Shown one piece after another: positions 40,549 to 50,468 of a DNA stretch of 64,000 bases; the stretch's first letter is position 1; each line of letters begins with the position of its first letter. The DNA comes from Gammaproteobacteria bacterium. GTDB lineage: Bacteria; Pseudomonadota; Gammaproteobacteria; CAJXQU01. Position numbers and translations under genes: made by a program. The notes below the pieces were generated by a model. That model did no database searches. It was not told the origin of the DNA and was given only the letters and a program-made list of their open reading frames with translations. Location of the stretch: assembly GCA_965238175.1 (NCBI GenBank), contig CBDEGZ010000003.1, positions 1,600,001-1,664,000 on the forward strand. The letters run 5' to 3'.

Positions 40549-42960
40549 ATGAGAAATTTTAGTAAATTGGTTTGCAGTTCTACTTTTGTTATCCTTTTTA
40601 GTGTTTTTCTTACTTCATGCGGTGGTGCAGAAGATCGTAAAGCGGCCTACATGGAGCGAGGTCTGGTTCTGGTCGCGGAAGGTAATCATGAGAAAGCACA
40701 GCTTGAATTCAAAAATGCTTTGCAGATTGATCCCAAAGATGCAAATGCACATTATCAACTTGGGCTGACATTAGAAAAACTGGGTGAGTGGCGACCAGCA
40801 ATGAGTCAATTCTTGGCAACGCTTCAGTTAGATGAAACGCACAAGGGTGCAAATATCCATGCAGGACAAGTGTACTTGTTGGCGGGTCAGTTAGATAAAG
40901 CGTTAGAAAGTGCGGAATCTGTTATAGCAGCCGATCCTGGTAACCCTGATGCACTTGTGTTGCGCGGTGGTGTTAAAGTTAAAAGTGGTGACGTTCCAGG
41001 CGGCTTTGCCGATGGGCTTGCCGCATTGAAAATTGATCCATCACACATAAATGCTACTGCTCTGGTTTCTTCGCTGCATCTTACTCAAAATGAGCCCGTA
41101 ATGGCAATGCAACTACTTGAGAAAGGGATACAGAATAACCCCGGTAACACGAGTTTAATGACCTTGAAAGCAAAAGTGTTTATGGTACAAAAAAATGCTG
41201 AAGCAGCAGGACAAGTTCTTGAAGAAATTGTTAAAGCTGATCCCAAAAATATGTTGCAACGTTATCAGCTAGCCAGCTTTTATATTAGTCAGAAGCATCT
41301 GGATAAGGCGGAAAATACACTTCGAGCAGCCGTCACGTATGAAAAAGAGCAGGGAGAAAAAAGTAATAAATCAACATTATTGCTAATCGAGTTTTTAGCT
41401 CAATATCGTGGTTTTGAAGCCGCAGAGAAAGAGCTATTGGTTAATATTGAGAGTCACCCAGAAGAATCTGATTATCAGTTTGGTTTGGCTAATTTGTATA
41501 AATCGAAAGATTTACAAAAGAGCCTGGAAATATTACAGAACATTGTTGATCACAATCCGTATGGAGCGCCTGAAGGATTGGAAGCAAAATCTGAAATGGC
41601 TGTCATTCATATGCAACAAAAAAATCCTGATGAAGCTGGAAAGTTAGCTGAAGATGTCTTGCAGGAAAATTCACAAGATGTTAATTCGTTAACTGTTCGC
41701 GGCAGTATCGCACTATTAAGAAATAAGCCGACCAAAGCAATAGAAGATTTCCGATCAGTTTTAAGATCTGATCCTAGTTCTAGTAAGCATCTACGATTAT
41801 TAGCACACGCACACAATGCAAACGGTGAAATAGGTTTGGCGCGAGAAGCAATGGAAAAAGCCGTTGAAGCATCACCGCAAAATCCTGCTTTACGATCAGA
41901 GCTTGCTGAGATTTTATTGAAGCTAGGAAAGCCTGATCTTGCTATTGCACAGGTTGAAAAAGTGCTTGCAATAGCTCCGGATAACGCTGCGGCTTTAGAA
42001 ACACTTTTTAAACTACAGTCAGCAAAACAGGATTGGACCGCTGCGTTAACAACTGCTGAAAAGATGAAAGAAGCATTACCTGAAAGTGGTGAAGGTTATC
42101 ATTTGTCAGGTCTTGCGCAGCAGATGCAGAATGATTTTTCCGCAAGTATCAATGAATACACTGCTGCACTCGAAAAATCCCCAAATGCAATACAACCACT
42201 AGCCCAGCTTGTCCGTGGTTATATGGCTGAAGATAAAGCTGATGAAGCACTTGCACGCGTCGACAAGGTATTAGCACAAAATCCTGACAATCATGTGGCT
42301 TCGAACATGAAAGCTGAGATATTGCTTGCACAAAATAAAATCCCAGAAGCACGTGAAGTCCTACGTAAAGTAATCAAGTTGAAACCTGATTATCGTAGTT
42401 CTTATGTAAGTCTAGGAAGATCTTATGCGGTAGAGAATAATACGGATGAGGTAATTAAGGTTTATGAATCAGGTTTGAAGACAATACCGAAAGATCCGGT
42501 TTTGATCACAGGTCTTGCAAGTATTTATGAACGTACTGGCGAGCAACAAAAAGCAATTTCACTATATAAACAAGTTTTAGAAAGCGAACCCAGAAATATA
42601 TTAGTAGCAAATAATTTAGCAATGCTTTATGTAGATAAAGTGGGAACGCCTGAAGCGTTAGGTAAGGCTGAAAAACTGTTAAAGATACTTGAAGATACTA
42701 AAAATGTTGCTTATAAAGATACGATTGGTTGGGTATACTATAAACTGGGTAATTATGCTAAGGCAATAACTATCCTGGATGATGTTGTATCTCAAGCACC
42801 ACAGGAACCAGTTCTCCAATACCATCTTGGCATGGCTTACTTCAAAGATGGAAAGTCAAAAACATTAGCGATGAAACACTTACAACTTGCAATGAGTAAT
42901 GGTCGAGATTTTTCAGGGAAGGGTGAAACAGAAGAAGCTTTAAAAGAACTTGAGAAATAA
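40549..42960 (+). CDS. TPR-repeat lipoprotein (PrsT-like, exosortase-system associated)
   Basis: Lipobox LTSC, many TPRs, C-terminal NNLA...DTIGWVYYK...YHLGMAY typical of PrsT-like proteins. Confidence 0.8.
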   Translation: MRNFSKLVCSSTFVILFSVFLTSCGGAEDRKAAYMERGLVLVAEGNHEKAQLEFKNALQIDPKDANAHYQLGLTLEKLGEWRPAMSQFLATLQLDETHKGANIHAGQVYLLAGQLDKALESAESVIAADPGNPDALVLRGGVKVKSGDVPGGFADGLAALKIDPSHINATALVSSLHLTQNEPVMAMQLLEKGIQNNPGNTSLMTLKAKVFMVQKNAEAAGQVLEEIVKADPKNMLQRYQLASFYISQKHLDKAENTLRAAVTYEKEQGEKSNKSTLLLIEFLAQYRGFEAAEKELLVNIESHPEESDYQFGLANLYKSKDLQKSLEILQNIVDHNPYGAPEGLEAKSEMAVIHMQQKNPDEAGKLAEDVLQENSQDVNSLTVRGSIALLRNKPTKAIEDFRSVLRSDPSSSKHLRLLAHAHNANGEIGLAREAMEKAVEASPQNPALRSELAEILLKLGKPDLAIAQVEKVLAIAPDNAAALETLFKLQSAKQDWTAALTTAEKMKEALPESGEGYHLSGLAQQMQNDFSASINEYTAALEKSPNAIQPLAQLVRGYMAEDKADEALARVDKVLAQNPDNHVASNMKAEILLAQNKIPEAREVLRKVIKLKPDYRSSYVSLGRSYAVENNTDEVIKVYESGLKTIPKDPVLITGLASIYERTGEQQKAISLYKQVLESEPRNILVANNLAMLYVDKVGTPEALGKAEKLLKILEDTKNVAYKDTIGWVYYKLGNYAKAITILDDVVSQAPQEPVLQYHLGMAYFKDGKSKTLAMKHLQLAMSNGRDFSGKGETEEALKELEK

Positions 42961-42999
42961 AACCTAGCAGTAAAGTAGAGAACAGGTTAAATGATTATA

Positions 43000-43180
43000 G
43001 GGCTTGATCCAGATATTAGTTAATCTGATGTCTTAATTGAGCTTCTGGGTCGCTGCTGTTAAATCGCCATTCGCACGCCTTCAAAAAGAGATGAAAATAC
43101 GCTTTTGGAATGCCATTAAATTTGCATACAATGACGCTTGGCTTGATTGCAAAAATTCTCTATACATTCCAGATCAGCCT
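43000..43180 (-). mobile_element. Internally deleted IS1595-family (IS1016-like) element
   Basis: Minus strand reads IENFCNQAKRH / FNGIPKAYFHLFLKACEWRFNSSDP. The ends GGGCTTGATCC and revcomp AGGCTGATCT look like an IR pair. Confidence 0.75.
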
Positions 43181-43391
43181 TAGAATTTTTTTAGGATATC
43201 TGCAAGCAACACTGAGCAAAATTAATAAATCAAATTTAACTGTTTTTTTAAACCAGTTTCTTGATAGGTAAGTCTCAATAAACAATAGATACAAGTATTG
43301 TGTCTCAAGCAGACGACAGTTTAGGGGTTAAAATAAACATAAAGTACAGCATTAAATCATAAGGCATTGAATATATTGATATATTTATTGT

Positions 43392-43406
43392 TGGCACAAT
43401 TAATGC
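43392..43406 (+). promoter_or_regulatory. Sigma54 (-24/-12) promoter of the VPLPA-CTERM gene
   Basis: TGGCAC-AATTA-ATGC with exact GG-N10-GC spacing; candidate enhancer TGT-N12-ACA at 43301-43318. Confidence 0.65.
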
Positions 43407-43552
43407 TATAAAGGTTATGTTATAAGCGTGAATATTAGTTGCAGTGGTTGGAAACCTTCGTGATAAAGGACTAAAATTATTGTAAGGAGTTTAAAATCAC
43501 GTGAGTTTAGTATTACATCTTTTAATACTGCATTATAGAAGGGATAACTATT

Positions 43553-44023
43553 ATGGAAATGAAATTTAAGAAGAAAATTAAGATTACTATACTTGGGTTG
43601 TTGTTACTCTCACCTTTTTCGCAGGTTTGGGGAGCAACAAGGGACTTTAACCGTGTTACCGCAAGTACACTTGGAAGTTTTGGCGTTTTTAATAATGTTA
43701 CTAGAGTTAATTTTGGGTACTTATCAGGAGTATCTAACAGTAATATAGTTGATGCGATATCGGGAAATGGGTGTTCTTACCTCGGTAGTAGACTATTGAG
43801 CTGCCCAACAGCTACTACTACACCTCCAGCAGTTACTCCTCCTCCTCTAGCAGGTGTCGGTACTAGTAGTAACGCGGGAAATTTCACTAATACTGTACCA
43901 CCACCCGTTACTGTAAGACCACCTGTAAATACAACAGTAGTTCCCGTACCTGCTGCTGTTTGGTTGTTTGGTTCCGCCCTAATGGGGCTGATTGCTACGG
44001 GTAAGAGAAGGAAGGTTAGTTAA
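43553..44023 (+). CDS. Small VPLPA-CTERM sorting-domain protein
   Basis: Signal peptide, Thr/Pro-rich linker, C-terminal VPVPAAVWLFGSALMGLIATGKRRK. Confidence 0.85.
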   Translation: MEMKFKKKIKITILGLLLLSPFSQVWGATRDFNRVTASTLGSFGVFNNVTRVNFGYLSGVSNSNIVDAISGNGCSYLGSRLLSCPTATTTPPAVTPPPLAGVGTSSNAGNFTNTVPPPVTVRPPVNTTVVPVPAAVWLFGSALMGLIATGKRRKVS

Positions 44024-44052
44024 ATTCTTTTGTCCGTTAGGTGCTAAATAAA

Positions 44053-44894
44053 CAGGGCCGGCCTGTAGCCCGTTGTGTTTTGTTACAATGAACTCGCCAT
44101 AAGTCACCATAACACGGTGTTTTCACAACTTCTGAAACTGATGCCAAGGCATGAATTTGAGAGGCTTGCAAAACAATATCATTCAGAGCAATGTTTCAGG
44201 AAAGTATCTCGGTGGTCACAACTACTAGTCACGCTCTCACTGGTGTAATTGCTAGGTGAAGTAGATTGCGTGGTATTGTTGAAAACATTTCTGCACAAGC
44301 TCATCGGTTTTACCTTCTGTGAGTAGTGCAAAGCTGTCTCGTTTTAATCCCACTCGGATCAACGAAAACCAAACCTTACACCCTCTACGAAGCCTTCTTT
44401 AGAAAACGATTAACGTGTTGTCGAAACAAGGCATCCGGTCATCACTTTCGTTTCAATAATCCACTTTACTCGTTAGATGCCTCGACGATAGGTTTGTGTT
44501 TGTCTGTTTCCCATGGGTGAATTTTAGAACAGCCAAAGGGAGGAGTTTCATGTTGGATTAAACCACCGTGTGGTTATTTGTCTAAGTTTTTGACACGGTA
44601 ACAGAGGGTAGAACGCATAATGTGATCATCGGTCGGACGTTACACTTTCCGAAAGGGATAGATAAAGGGTATAACAACTATGTCTGGTATAACTGTTTGA
44701 CGGAGAACGGAATATTTTTTGTCATCTGTCTCAACCGATATGGTATTGAAAAACAAAGGAGTGCTTTGCGATCAAACGATTAAATTCACGGGAGCGTAAC
44801 ACGACAAAGAAGGGCTCAGTCCAGCTACGTCGCATTGGTTACAACGATGCGGTAACAGGCAAGCGCTATACTTTTTCTAACCAATAATTTCAAA
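44053..44894 (+). pseudogene. Degraded IS4-family (DUF4372) transposase
   Basis: Frame-broken SHHNTVFSQLLKLMPRHEFE...SRWSQ...FRFNNPLYSLDASTI...DKGYNNY...FLTNNFK. Confidence 0.85.
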
Positions 44895-45185
44895 TGGGTG
44901 ACCTTCTGTCTGTAAATCTTACTGGAATAACCGTTACGGTTATTTTTCGTATCGGATTGCTGATGCTTGGCAAAGGCAAGATGGTTATCCAGCTCTGCGT
45001 TGAGTGCCGCCTCGACAGTGATCTTGGTCAACATCTGTCGAAACGCGTTGTGATCTTCTTTTTGATTTTATATTTTTTACTGTCGCTTGAGTTACGCCTG
45101 TAGTTCGTTTTTGTTCACCGTGCCTAACCTCCCCTTTTAAACAAGTAATGATAGACAACAGTTACACAGTTTTAGTTACAGTTTC
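44895..45185 (-). pseudogene. IS256-family 5' fragment with its terminal IR
   Basis: RQMLTKITVEAALNAELDNHL...RNGYSSK; end sequence GAAACTGTAACTAAAACTGTGTAACTG (revcomp of 45159-45185). Confidence 0.85.
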
Positions 45186-45254
45186 CGCTTGTTTTTCTTA
45201 AGGTTTGTTTCTAAACAAGCTTGTGAGAATAAGTGAAAGGTTTGATTGTTTATT

Positions 45255-45287
45255 AAAAGCCCAGGGTTGGTAGTTACAACCCTGAGC
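45255..45287 (-). terminator. Intrinsic terminator of the 45306-46100 gene
   Basis: Minus strand GCTCAGGGTTG-TAACTAC-CAACCCTGGGC-TTTT. Confidence 0.7.
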
Positions 45288-45305
45288 ATGGTAAGCAGAG
45301 TTTGA

Positions 45306-46100
45306 TTATGCTGCTTTATTGAACGTTTTTTTATTTTTCAATAAGAAAACTAAACCGCCCGCAAAAAGCCAAAAAGCAGCAGGGATTGGAACAGCTGCCA
45401 CTGAGAAATTACTGTTTAAAGCTGTGGTAATTTGATCAGCCCTTAAACGGTCACCAGTTCCACCTGAAGTCAACAAGTTTTCGGGGAGGATCAAGTCCCC
45501 ATTCCCATCTACTTCATCTGTATGTGCAAGTCCCAGGTTATGCGCAATTTCGTGGGCTACAACACCTGCAGCCGTTCTCTGTCCAGCTGCAAAGGTTAGG
45601 AGACCAGCACCAACATACTGAGTGATGCCATTTCCTGGTAGAAAGGCTAATCCAGCAGCGGTGAACTCTGAGAGTGAACCAAAGCCTGCTGCGATATTGA
45701 CGAAAAATATATTGATAACGTTGACATCAGCATTTCTTACACTTGCTGGGACACTATTCACAATAGTACTTAGATCTGATCGTGGTCTAGGCTCATTAAC
45801 ACCTGAAGTACCTTGATTAGCGAAGGTATTATTCCAGGTATTAGCAGCTAAAAAATTTACATCAATCCCAGCCTGTGCCCAGATTTGATCAATAAGACCT
45901 TCTATCATTGATTTTTGACTTGTATTACCAAAAAATGTGGCGGTATTGCTACCATCATCATCCGAAACAATGATCGGTTGGACAGTTACAATATGACTGA
46001 TCGGCATCGGAGCATTAATTATTAATGCAGCATAGCTACTTGGAGCAATTATAAATAACAATGAAATAAGACAGGTTAGTTTCCGTTTTAAACATTTCAT
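45306..46100 (-). CDS. VPLPA-CTERM protein with zinc metalloprotease (metzincin) motif
   Basis: Signal peptide, HEIAHNLGLAH (HEXXHXXGXXH), C-terminal VPIPAAFWLFAGGLVFLLKNKK. Confidence 0.85.
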   Translation of the reverse strand: MKCLKRKLTCLISLLFIIAPSSYAALIINAPMPISHIVTVQPIIVSDDDGSNTATFFGNTSQKSMIEGLIDQIWAQAGIDVNFLAANTWNNTFANQGTSGVNEPRPRSDLSTIVNSVPASVRNADVNVINIFFVNIAAGFGSLSEFTAAGLAFLPGNGITQYVGAGLLTFAAGQRTAAGVVAHEIAHNLGLAHTDEVDGNGDLILPENLLTSGGTGDRLRADQITTALNSNFSVAAVPIPAAFWLFAGGLVFLLKNKKTFNKAA

Positions 46101-46177
46101 ACTTTTCCTTCCATAATTATGTACATGTTGGTGCGAGCTATTGTACCATAATTATGCACGTGCGGGTTGTTTACCTT

Positions 46178-46546
46178 TTACTTACATACCGTAGCGGTAT
46201 ATATCAGTTTAAGCGTAATTTCTTTTTGATCGTCATTCAGTGTTTCTTCACCTTCAAATATGTCCGAACATTCTGGATCATCCTTTATCTGAGAAGCACT
46301 GGCCGAAATTGTCACTGGAGACGCTATTTTTTCTCGAATATACCATTTAGAGCAATCATCTTGTTCACATTGTAAGTTATCTTTTGTGTCAATCTGATCA
46401 ATAAACCACCATCTAACGGTTTCTGCTTGAATTGGTTGATTATTTATATCTACCGTGTTTATTTGAATAAAAGCATCATTTGTATCAGAAATGTTGTTGC
46501 AAGCTGGTAAAGTCGTAAGAGTTGTAATGATGAATAATTTGTTCAA
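46178..46546 (-). CDS. Hypothetical lipoprotein
   Basis: Lipobox LPAC plus four further Cys; no family recognised. Confidence 0.65.
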   Translation of the reverse strand: MNKLFIITTLTTLPACNNISDTNDAFIQINTVDINNQPIQAETVRWWFIDQIDTKDNLQCEQDDCSKWYIREKIASPVTISASASQIKDDPECSDIFEGEETLNDDQKEITLKLIYTATVCK

Positions 46547-46764
46547 GTGGTCTCCGCTTTATGTTAATCCAATTACTGATTTGAATGTTGATTATTCTAT
46601 ATATTTAGCCTAAGTGATTATAGGTAGCAGCACAAGTTCTCACTAGAATAGTCTGAGTTCTATAAGTTGAAATAGGCTTCTCTAAATTCAGGGCTAGATG
46701 TTTGCTATGCAATAAAAGCATCCATATAATCTGAAGCACAATAATCATGCCTGCAAATCCTATT

Positions 46765-48075
46765 ATGACCAAGCAACACTTTAATCTTGAACTACTTGAT
46801 TTTCTTAACCAATCTCCCACACCATTTCATGCAGTATCTATAACTAAGAAGTATTTAAAGGAGGCTGGTTTTGTTCAATTATTTGAGCATGAATCGTGGG
46901 AATTGGAAAAGGAGATGAGTTGTTTTGTGGTTAGAAATGACTCTTCGATTATCGTTTTTCGTTCAGGCTCAAAATCGCCAATTGAAAACGGGTTTAGAAT
47001 GGTTGGTGCTCATACTGATAGTCCATGTTTGAAGGTGAAACCAGAACCTGAAATTGAAGCGCAAGGTTATAATCAACTAGGTGTTGAGGTTTATGGAGGT
47101 GTTTTATTAAACCCATGGTTTGATCGAGATCTATCTCTGGCGGGACGAGTCACGATAAAAAATTCAAAGGGCAACATTGAGAATAAGCTTGTTGATTTTG
47201 AAAATGCAATTGCAACACTTCCAAGTCTTGCTATTCATCTTGATCGAGAGGCGAATACTGAACGAAAAATTAATAAACAAACCTATCTTCCGCTGGTAGT
47301 AAGTTTGATTTCAGATCAGTCTTTTAATTTAAAAGATGAACTACAAAAACGGCTAAGTAAATCTGATAAAAGCTTGGGTAAGGCTGAGATTCTTGATTTT
47401 GAATTATCGTTTTATGATACACAAAAAGCAGCGTTGATAGGTTTGAATGAAGAATTCATTGCCAGCGCTCGTTTAGATAATCTTTTGAGTTGTTACACAG
47501 GTTTAAAGGCAATTATCGAAAGTACCAACAGTGATGTTAGTCAATTACTTGTTTGTAATGATCATGAAGAGGTTGGGAGTGGTTCAGCCGCTGGAGCACG
47601 TGGTAATTTCCTTTCCAGTATTTTGAAACGTATTGTAGATAATGAAGAAGATTATGCGCGAATGATGGCAAGCTCCATGTTGATTTCTACTGATAACGCA
47701 CATGGGGTTCATCCGAATTTCGCTGATAAACACGATTCAAATCACGGTTCTATTATGAATGCTGGGCCGGTGATCAAAATTAATAGTAATCAGGCATATG
47801 CATCGAACAGCGAGACGGTTGGTATTTTTCGCCATGTGGCGGATCTTGCTAAAGTACCAACACAGTCTTTTGTTTCAAGAGGCGACATGGGATGTGGTAG
47901 TACTATAGGACCACTTACAGCGACAGTTTTAGGCGTCAAGGCCGTTGATGTAGGTGTACCAACTTTTGCGATGCATTCTATTCGTGAACTTGCGGGCAGT
48001 GATGATGCTCATTCTCTTTATCAGATTTTACGATCATTTTTTGAAACTTCTGATCTAAAAGTGTTACCCGTATAA
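46765..48075 (+). CDS. apeB: M18-family aspartyl aminopeptidase
   Basis: SPTPFHAV, GAHTDSP, ARLDNL, DHEEVGS, CGSTIGP and MHSIRE. Confidence 0.92.
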   Translation: MTKQHFNLELLDFLNQSPTPFHAVSITKKYLKEAGFVQLFEHESWELEKEMSCFVVRNDSSIIVFRSGSKSPIENGFRMVGAHTDSPCLKVKPEPEIEAQGYNQLGVEVYGGVLLNPWFDRDLSLAGRVTIKNSKGNIENKLVDFENAIATLPSLAIHLDREANTERKINKQTYLPLVVSLISDQSFNLKDELQKRLSKSDKSLGKAEILDFELSFYDTQKAALIGLNEEFIASARLDNLLSCYTGLKAIIESTNSDVSQLLVCNDHEEVGSGSAAGARGNFLSSILKRIVDNEEDYARMMASSMLISTDNAHGVHPNFADKHDSNHGSIMNAGPVIKINSNQAYASNSETVGIFRHVADLAKVPTQSFVSRGDMGCGSTIGPLTATVLGVKAVDVGVPTFAMHSIRELAGSDDAHSLYQILRSFFETSDLKVLPV

Positions 48076-48089
48076 CCTTCAAAAATTAC

Positions 48090-48125
48090 TTAATAATGAA
48101 TATTTATTTGAATATTCATTATTAA
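48090..48125. promoter_or_regulatory. Perfect 15-bp inverted repeat upstream of the MMPL operon (candidate operator)
   Basis: TTAATAATGAATATT-TATTTG-AATATTCATTATTAA. Confidence 0.55.
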
Positions 48126-48161
48126 TTCTGAGCAATAAAAAAAATAAAACGAGGAAGGAAT

Positions 48162-50468
48162 ATGGGATCTATCGAAAACAATTTGGGAACCTGGGTTATT
48201 CGTTATCGCTGGATGATTATCCTTTTGTCGATAGTTTTTGTAGCGCTTGCTGCGAGTGGTGGGAAATTTTTGAAATTCACCAATGATTACAGGATCTTTT
48301 TTAGTGAAGATAATCCGGAGTTATTAGCCTTCGAAGCACTTGAAAAGAGGTATTCAAAAACGGATACCGTTGTTTTTGTTCTCGAACCAAAGGGTGGAAA
48401 TATTTTCACATCAGAAATTTTAGCTGTCGTTGAAAATTTAACCGAAGAAGCGTGGCAGATCCCATATTCATCAAGAGTCGACTCAATTTCAAATTACCAA
48501 CATACCGAGGCTGAAGAAGATGATCTGATTGTTCGCGACCTGTATGAAAATGCAACTGAACTATCAGCAACCGAAATCGAACATGTCAAAACCATTTCAA
48601 CTACGGAGCCATTATTAGTCAACCGTCTTGTTTCTGAATCAGGTCATGTTACTGGGGTAAGTGTTACTGTTTTGTTTCCTGGAATAGATGAGAATACCGA
48701 AACGCCAGAAGTGGTTAAATTTGTCCGAAATATGGCTGACAATATTGAGAAATCGCATCCCGATATAAAAGTATATCTAACAGGTGTTGTGATGTTGAAC
48801 AACGCCTTTGGTGAAGCATCTCGTGGTGATATTACTAAATTGGTGCCGATCAGTTTTGCGGTAATGGTTTTGATGTTAATGTTTTTAACCCGAAGTTTTG
48901 CGGGTACTTTCTTAACAATATTAGTTATCTTTTTTTCCATCTTGGCCGCGATGGGTTTGGGTGGGCGTATCGGTTATCCAATTACTCCGCCATCAGCTTC
49001 AGCACCAACAATGATATTGACGATGGCGATTGCAAACTCGGTTCATGTAATCGTTTCTTTTCTTCATGCAATGCACCAAGGAAATCCTAAAATTGAAGCG
49101 ATTAAGGAAAGTATTCGAGTCAATATTCAACCGGTTTTTCTTGCTAGTATTACAACTTGCATCGGTTTCTTGAGCATGAATTTTTCAGATGCTCCTCCTT
49201 TCAGACATCTCGGAAACTTTGTGGCGATGGGCGTTGCCACAGCATTTATATTATCAATGACATTTTTACCTGCGATGTTGTCACTATTACCTGTTAAAGC
49301 AAAAAAGCTTGAAAATAGTGAAGATGCTTTGATGACCCAATTAGGTCGGTTTGTGGTTGATAAAAGAAAACCTTTGCTGTGGATAATGTCAGCTTTGGTC
49401 ATTGGTTTAGTATCGATGATTTCTAGAAATGAATTGAATGATATTTTCGTCAACTATTTTGATAAGTCAGTTGAGTTTAGAGCTGATTCGGATTTTATGG
49501 TTGATAATTTAACCGGACTTTATTACATCGAATATTCGTTAAGTTCGGGTGAAGAAAGTGGAATTAATAATCCGGAATTTTTAAAAGATGTTGATGTTTT
49601 TGCAGAGTGGTTTCGACAACAACCTGAAGTAATTCATGTAAATACCTTGACTGATATTATGCAACGTCTTAATAAAAATATGCATAGTGACGATCAAAAA
49701 TATTACAAATTACCTGAACAGCGTGAGCTATCTGCACAGTATTTATTACTCTATGAAATGTCATTACCTTATGGTCTTGATTTGAATAATCAGATTGATA
49801 TTAGTAAGTCTTCGATCCGATTTATTCCATCGCTCCAAACCTTGTCTAGCAACGGTGTTATCGATCTGAATAATCGAGCTTACCAATGGCTGAAGGATAA
49901 CACTTCCAGTATTGAATTGAGCGTTAATCCAGGTTCGGGCACGGCATTAATGTTTGCTAATATTGGAAAACGGAATATTCAAAGTATGTTGGGTGGAACA
50001 ACCTTAGCACTAGTATTGATCTCGATGATACTAATGTTTGCTTTTCGATCATTTAAAATAGGACTTATTAGTTTATTACCTAATCTGGTACCCGCTGGGT
50101 TAGGGTTCGGATTATGGGGGATAATGGTTGGTCAAGTTGGCCTTGCTCTTTCTGTGGTGACAGGAATGACACTTGGAATTGTCGTTGATGATACGGTCCA
50201 TTTTTTAAGTAAATATTTAAGAGCGCGTCGTGAAAAAGGTTTAAGTTCACAAGATGCGGTCGTCTATGCGTTTTCAACGGTTGGAAGAGCGTTAGTCATC
50301 ACATCATTTGTTCTGGTTGCAGGCTTTTTGGTGTTATCACTTTCAAGTTTTGAATTGAATGCCGGCATGGGTTTATTAACGGCAATCGTTATTGTGTTTG
50401 CATTGATGGCAGACTTTTTATTGTTACCACCACTGTTAATGAAGTTTGAGGAGAAGAGTAATGTATAA
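48162..50468 (+). CDS. MMPL/RND-family lipid transporter
   Basis: Two MMPL repeats, GIVVDDTVHF, TTCIGFLSM. Confidence 0.88.
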   Translation: MGSIENNLGTWVIRYRWMIILLSIVFVALAASGGKFLKFTNDYRIFFSEDNPELLAFEALEKRYSKTDTVVFVLEPKGGNIFTSEILAVVENLTEEAWQIPYSSRVDSISNYQHTEAEEDDLIVRDLYENATELSATEIEHVKTISTTEPLLVNRLVSESGHVTGVSVTVLFPGIDENTETPEVVKFVRNMADNIEKSHPDIKVYLTGVVMLNNAFGEASRGDITKLVPISFAVMVLMLMFLTRSFAGTFLTILVIFFSILAAMGLGGRIGYPITPPSASAPTMILTMAIANSVHVIVSFLHAMHQGNPKIEAIKESIRVNIQPVFLASITTCIGFLSMNFSDAPPFRHLGNFVAMGVATAFILSMTFLPAMLSLLPVKAKKLENSEDALMTQLGRFVVDKRKPLLWIMSALVIGLVSMISRNELNDIFVNYFDKSVEFRADSDFMVDNLTGLYYIEYSLSSGEESGINNPEFLKDVDVFAEWFRQQPEVIHVNTLTDIMQRLNKNMHSDDQKYYKLPEQRELSAQYLLLYEMSLPYGLDLNNQIDISKSSIRFIPSLQTLSSNGVIDLNNRAYQWLKDNTSSIELSVNPGSGTALMFANIGKRNIQSMLGGTTLALVLISMILMFAFRSFKIGLISLLPNLVPAGLGFGLWGIMVGQVGLALSVVTGMTLGIVVDDTVHFLSKYLRARREKGLSSQDAVVYAFSTVGRALVITSFVLVAGFLVLSLSSFELNAGMGLLTAIVIVFALMADFLLLPPLLMKFEEKSNV

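Noticed and set aside
46130-46150. Possible sigma54 promoter (TGGTAC...TCGC) for the CTERM metalloprotease
   Set aside because: GG-to-GC spacing is one base too long for sigma54.
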